Source of the DNA: Gekko japonicus
Taxonomy: Eukaryota
Assembly: GCF_001447785.1 (NCBI RefSeq)
Contig: NW_015161498.1
Location: 124,001 to 188,000 of the forward strand
Reading direction: 5' to 3'
DNA: 64,000 nucleotides
The position numbers and the translations under genes are program-made. Shown here one piece after another: positions 62,571 through 64,000 of the stretch. Position 1 is the first letter of the stretch. Each line of letters starts with the position of its first letter. The notes beneath the pieces are model-generated. The model was given only the letters and a program-made list of their open reading frames with translations. It made no database searches and was not told the origin of the DNA.

Positions 62571-63925
62571 ACCTTAGAAAGCATTACTAACAACAAAGCT
62601 AGTGGAGGTGATGGTATCCCAGCTGAGCTATTCAAAGTCTTAAAAGATGATGCTGTTATAGTGCTGCACTCAATTTGCCAGCAAATTTGGAAAACGCAAC
62701 AGTGGCCACGGGATTGGAAAAGGTCACTATACATTCCAATCCCAAAGAAGGGCAATGCCAAGGAATGTTCAGACTACTGCACAATTGCACTCATATCACA
62801 CGCTAGCAAGGTCATGCTCAAGATCCTACAAGCTAGGCTTCAACAGTACGTGGATAGAGAACTGCCAGAAGTACAAGCTGGGTTTCGAAGAGGTAGAGGA
62901 ACTAGAGATCAAATTGCCAACATTTGCTGGATTATGGAGAAAGCAAGAGAGTACCAGAAAAACATCTACTTCTGCTTCATTGACTATGCTAAAGCCTTTG
63001 ACTGTGTGGATCACAACAAACTATGGCAGGTCCTTAAAGAGATGGGAGTACCAGACCACCTCACATGTCTCTTGAGAAACCTGTATAAGGGTCAAGAAGC
63101 GACAGTTAGAACCGGATATGGAACAACTGATTGGTATAGCATAGGAAAAGGAGTACGACAAGGATGTATATTGTCACCTTGCTTATTTACTATATATGCA
63201 GAGTACATCATGCGAAATGCTGGCCTGGATGAATCACAAGTGGGAATTAAGATTGCTGGGAAAAAGATCAACAACCTCAGAAATGCAGACGATACCACTC
63301 TAATGGCAGAAAGTGAAGAGGACCTAAAGAGCCTATTGCTCAGGGTAAAAGAGGAGAGCGCAAAAGTGGGCTTGAAGCTCAACATCAAAAAAACTAAGAT
63401 CATGGCATCCGGCCCCATCACTCCTTGGCAAATAGAAGGGGAAGTCGTGGAAGTAGTGACAGACTTCACGTTCCTGGGATCCCAGATCACCGCAGACTGT
63501 GACTGCAGCCATGAAATTAAAAGACGCCTGCTCCTTGGGAGGAAAGCGATGGCGAACCTAAACAGCATGATAAAAAGTAGAGACATCACCCTGCCAACAA
63601 AAATCCGCATGGTCAAAGCAATGGTATTCCCAGTAGTCATGTATGGCTGCGAGAGTTGGACTATAAGGAAGGCCGAGCGCCGAAGAATAGATTCTTTTGA
63701 ACTATGGTGCTGGAGAAGACTCTTGAGAGTCCCTTGGACTGCAAGAAGATCAAATCAGTCAATCCTAAAAGAAATCAACCCTGACTGTTCCCTGGAAGGC
63801 CAGATAATGAAACTGAAGCTCAAATACTTTGGCCACAGAGGACGGCAGAAGACAGGAAGGCCTGGCGTGATCTGGTCCATGGGGTCACAAAGAGTCGGAC
63901 TCGACTGTGCGACTGAACAACAACA
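62571..63925 (+). mobile_element. BovB (RTE) LINE, 5'-truncated, with open RT reading frame
   Basis: Frame from 62574: KASGGDGIPAEL...QAGFRRGRGTRDQI...FIDYAKAFD...GVRQGCILSP...LRNADD; (CAA)n tail; TSD ATGCATCT (62563-62570 / 63926-63933). Confidence 0.95.
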
Positions 63926-64000
63926 ATGCATCTGCGCCACAACATGGGCAAAAATACTCCCCAATTTTTTTCAGTTTATTGGCACAAGACTAAAAAACCT

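Overview
Vertebrate genomic DNA, not microbial. The repeat content (Sauria SINE, Squam3-like SINE, BovB, Penelope and CR1 fragments) points to a squamate reptile, probably a gecko. The window holds the 3' end of the variable region of the clustered protocadherin-alpha locus, all on the minus strand. In transcription order: alternate Pcdha exon (57925-55565), alternate Pcdha exon (46818-44458), Pcdhac1 exon (29802-27393), then the Pcdhac2 exon (start hidden in an N gap, running off the left edge). The constant exons lie outside the window. The expected regulatory grammar is visible: promoter CSE/CTCF and exonic CTCF sites in both alternate genes, and a spaced REST/RE1 site at alphaC2. Intergenic DNA is mostly transposon debris, including several hAT-type MITE families with clean 8-bp TSDs. 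The draft assembly has N gaps in GC-rich DNA and several probably artefactual local duplications. I find no wholly new gene system. The best leads are: (1) a mosaic gene-conversion pattern between the two alternate exons that spares short EC2/EC3 patches and stops at the promoter CTCF site; (2) minimal hammerhead ribozyme motifs in Penelope relics; (3) a degenerate EC3-EC4 calcium linker in alphaC1; (4) MITEs that seed octamer/KLF/ETS motif cassettes through the locus. All alignments and percentages are by eye.
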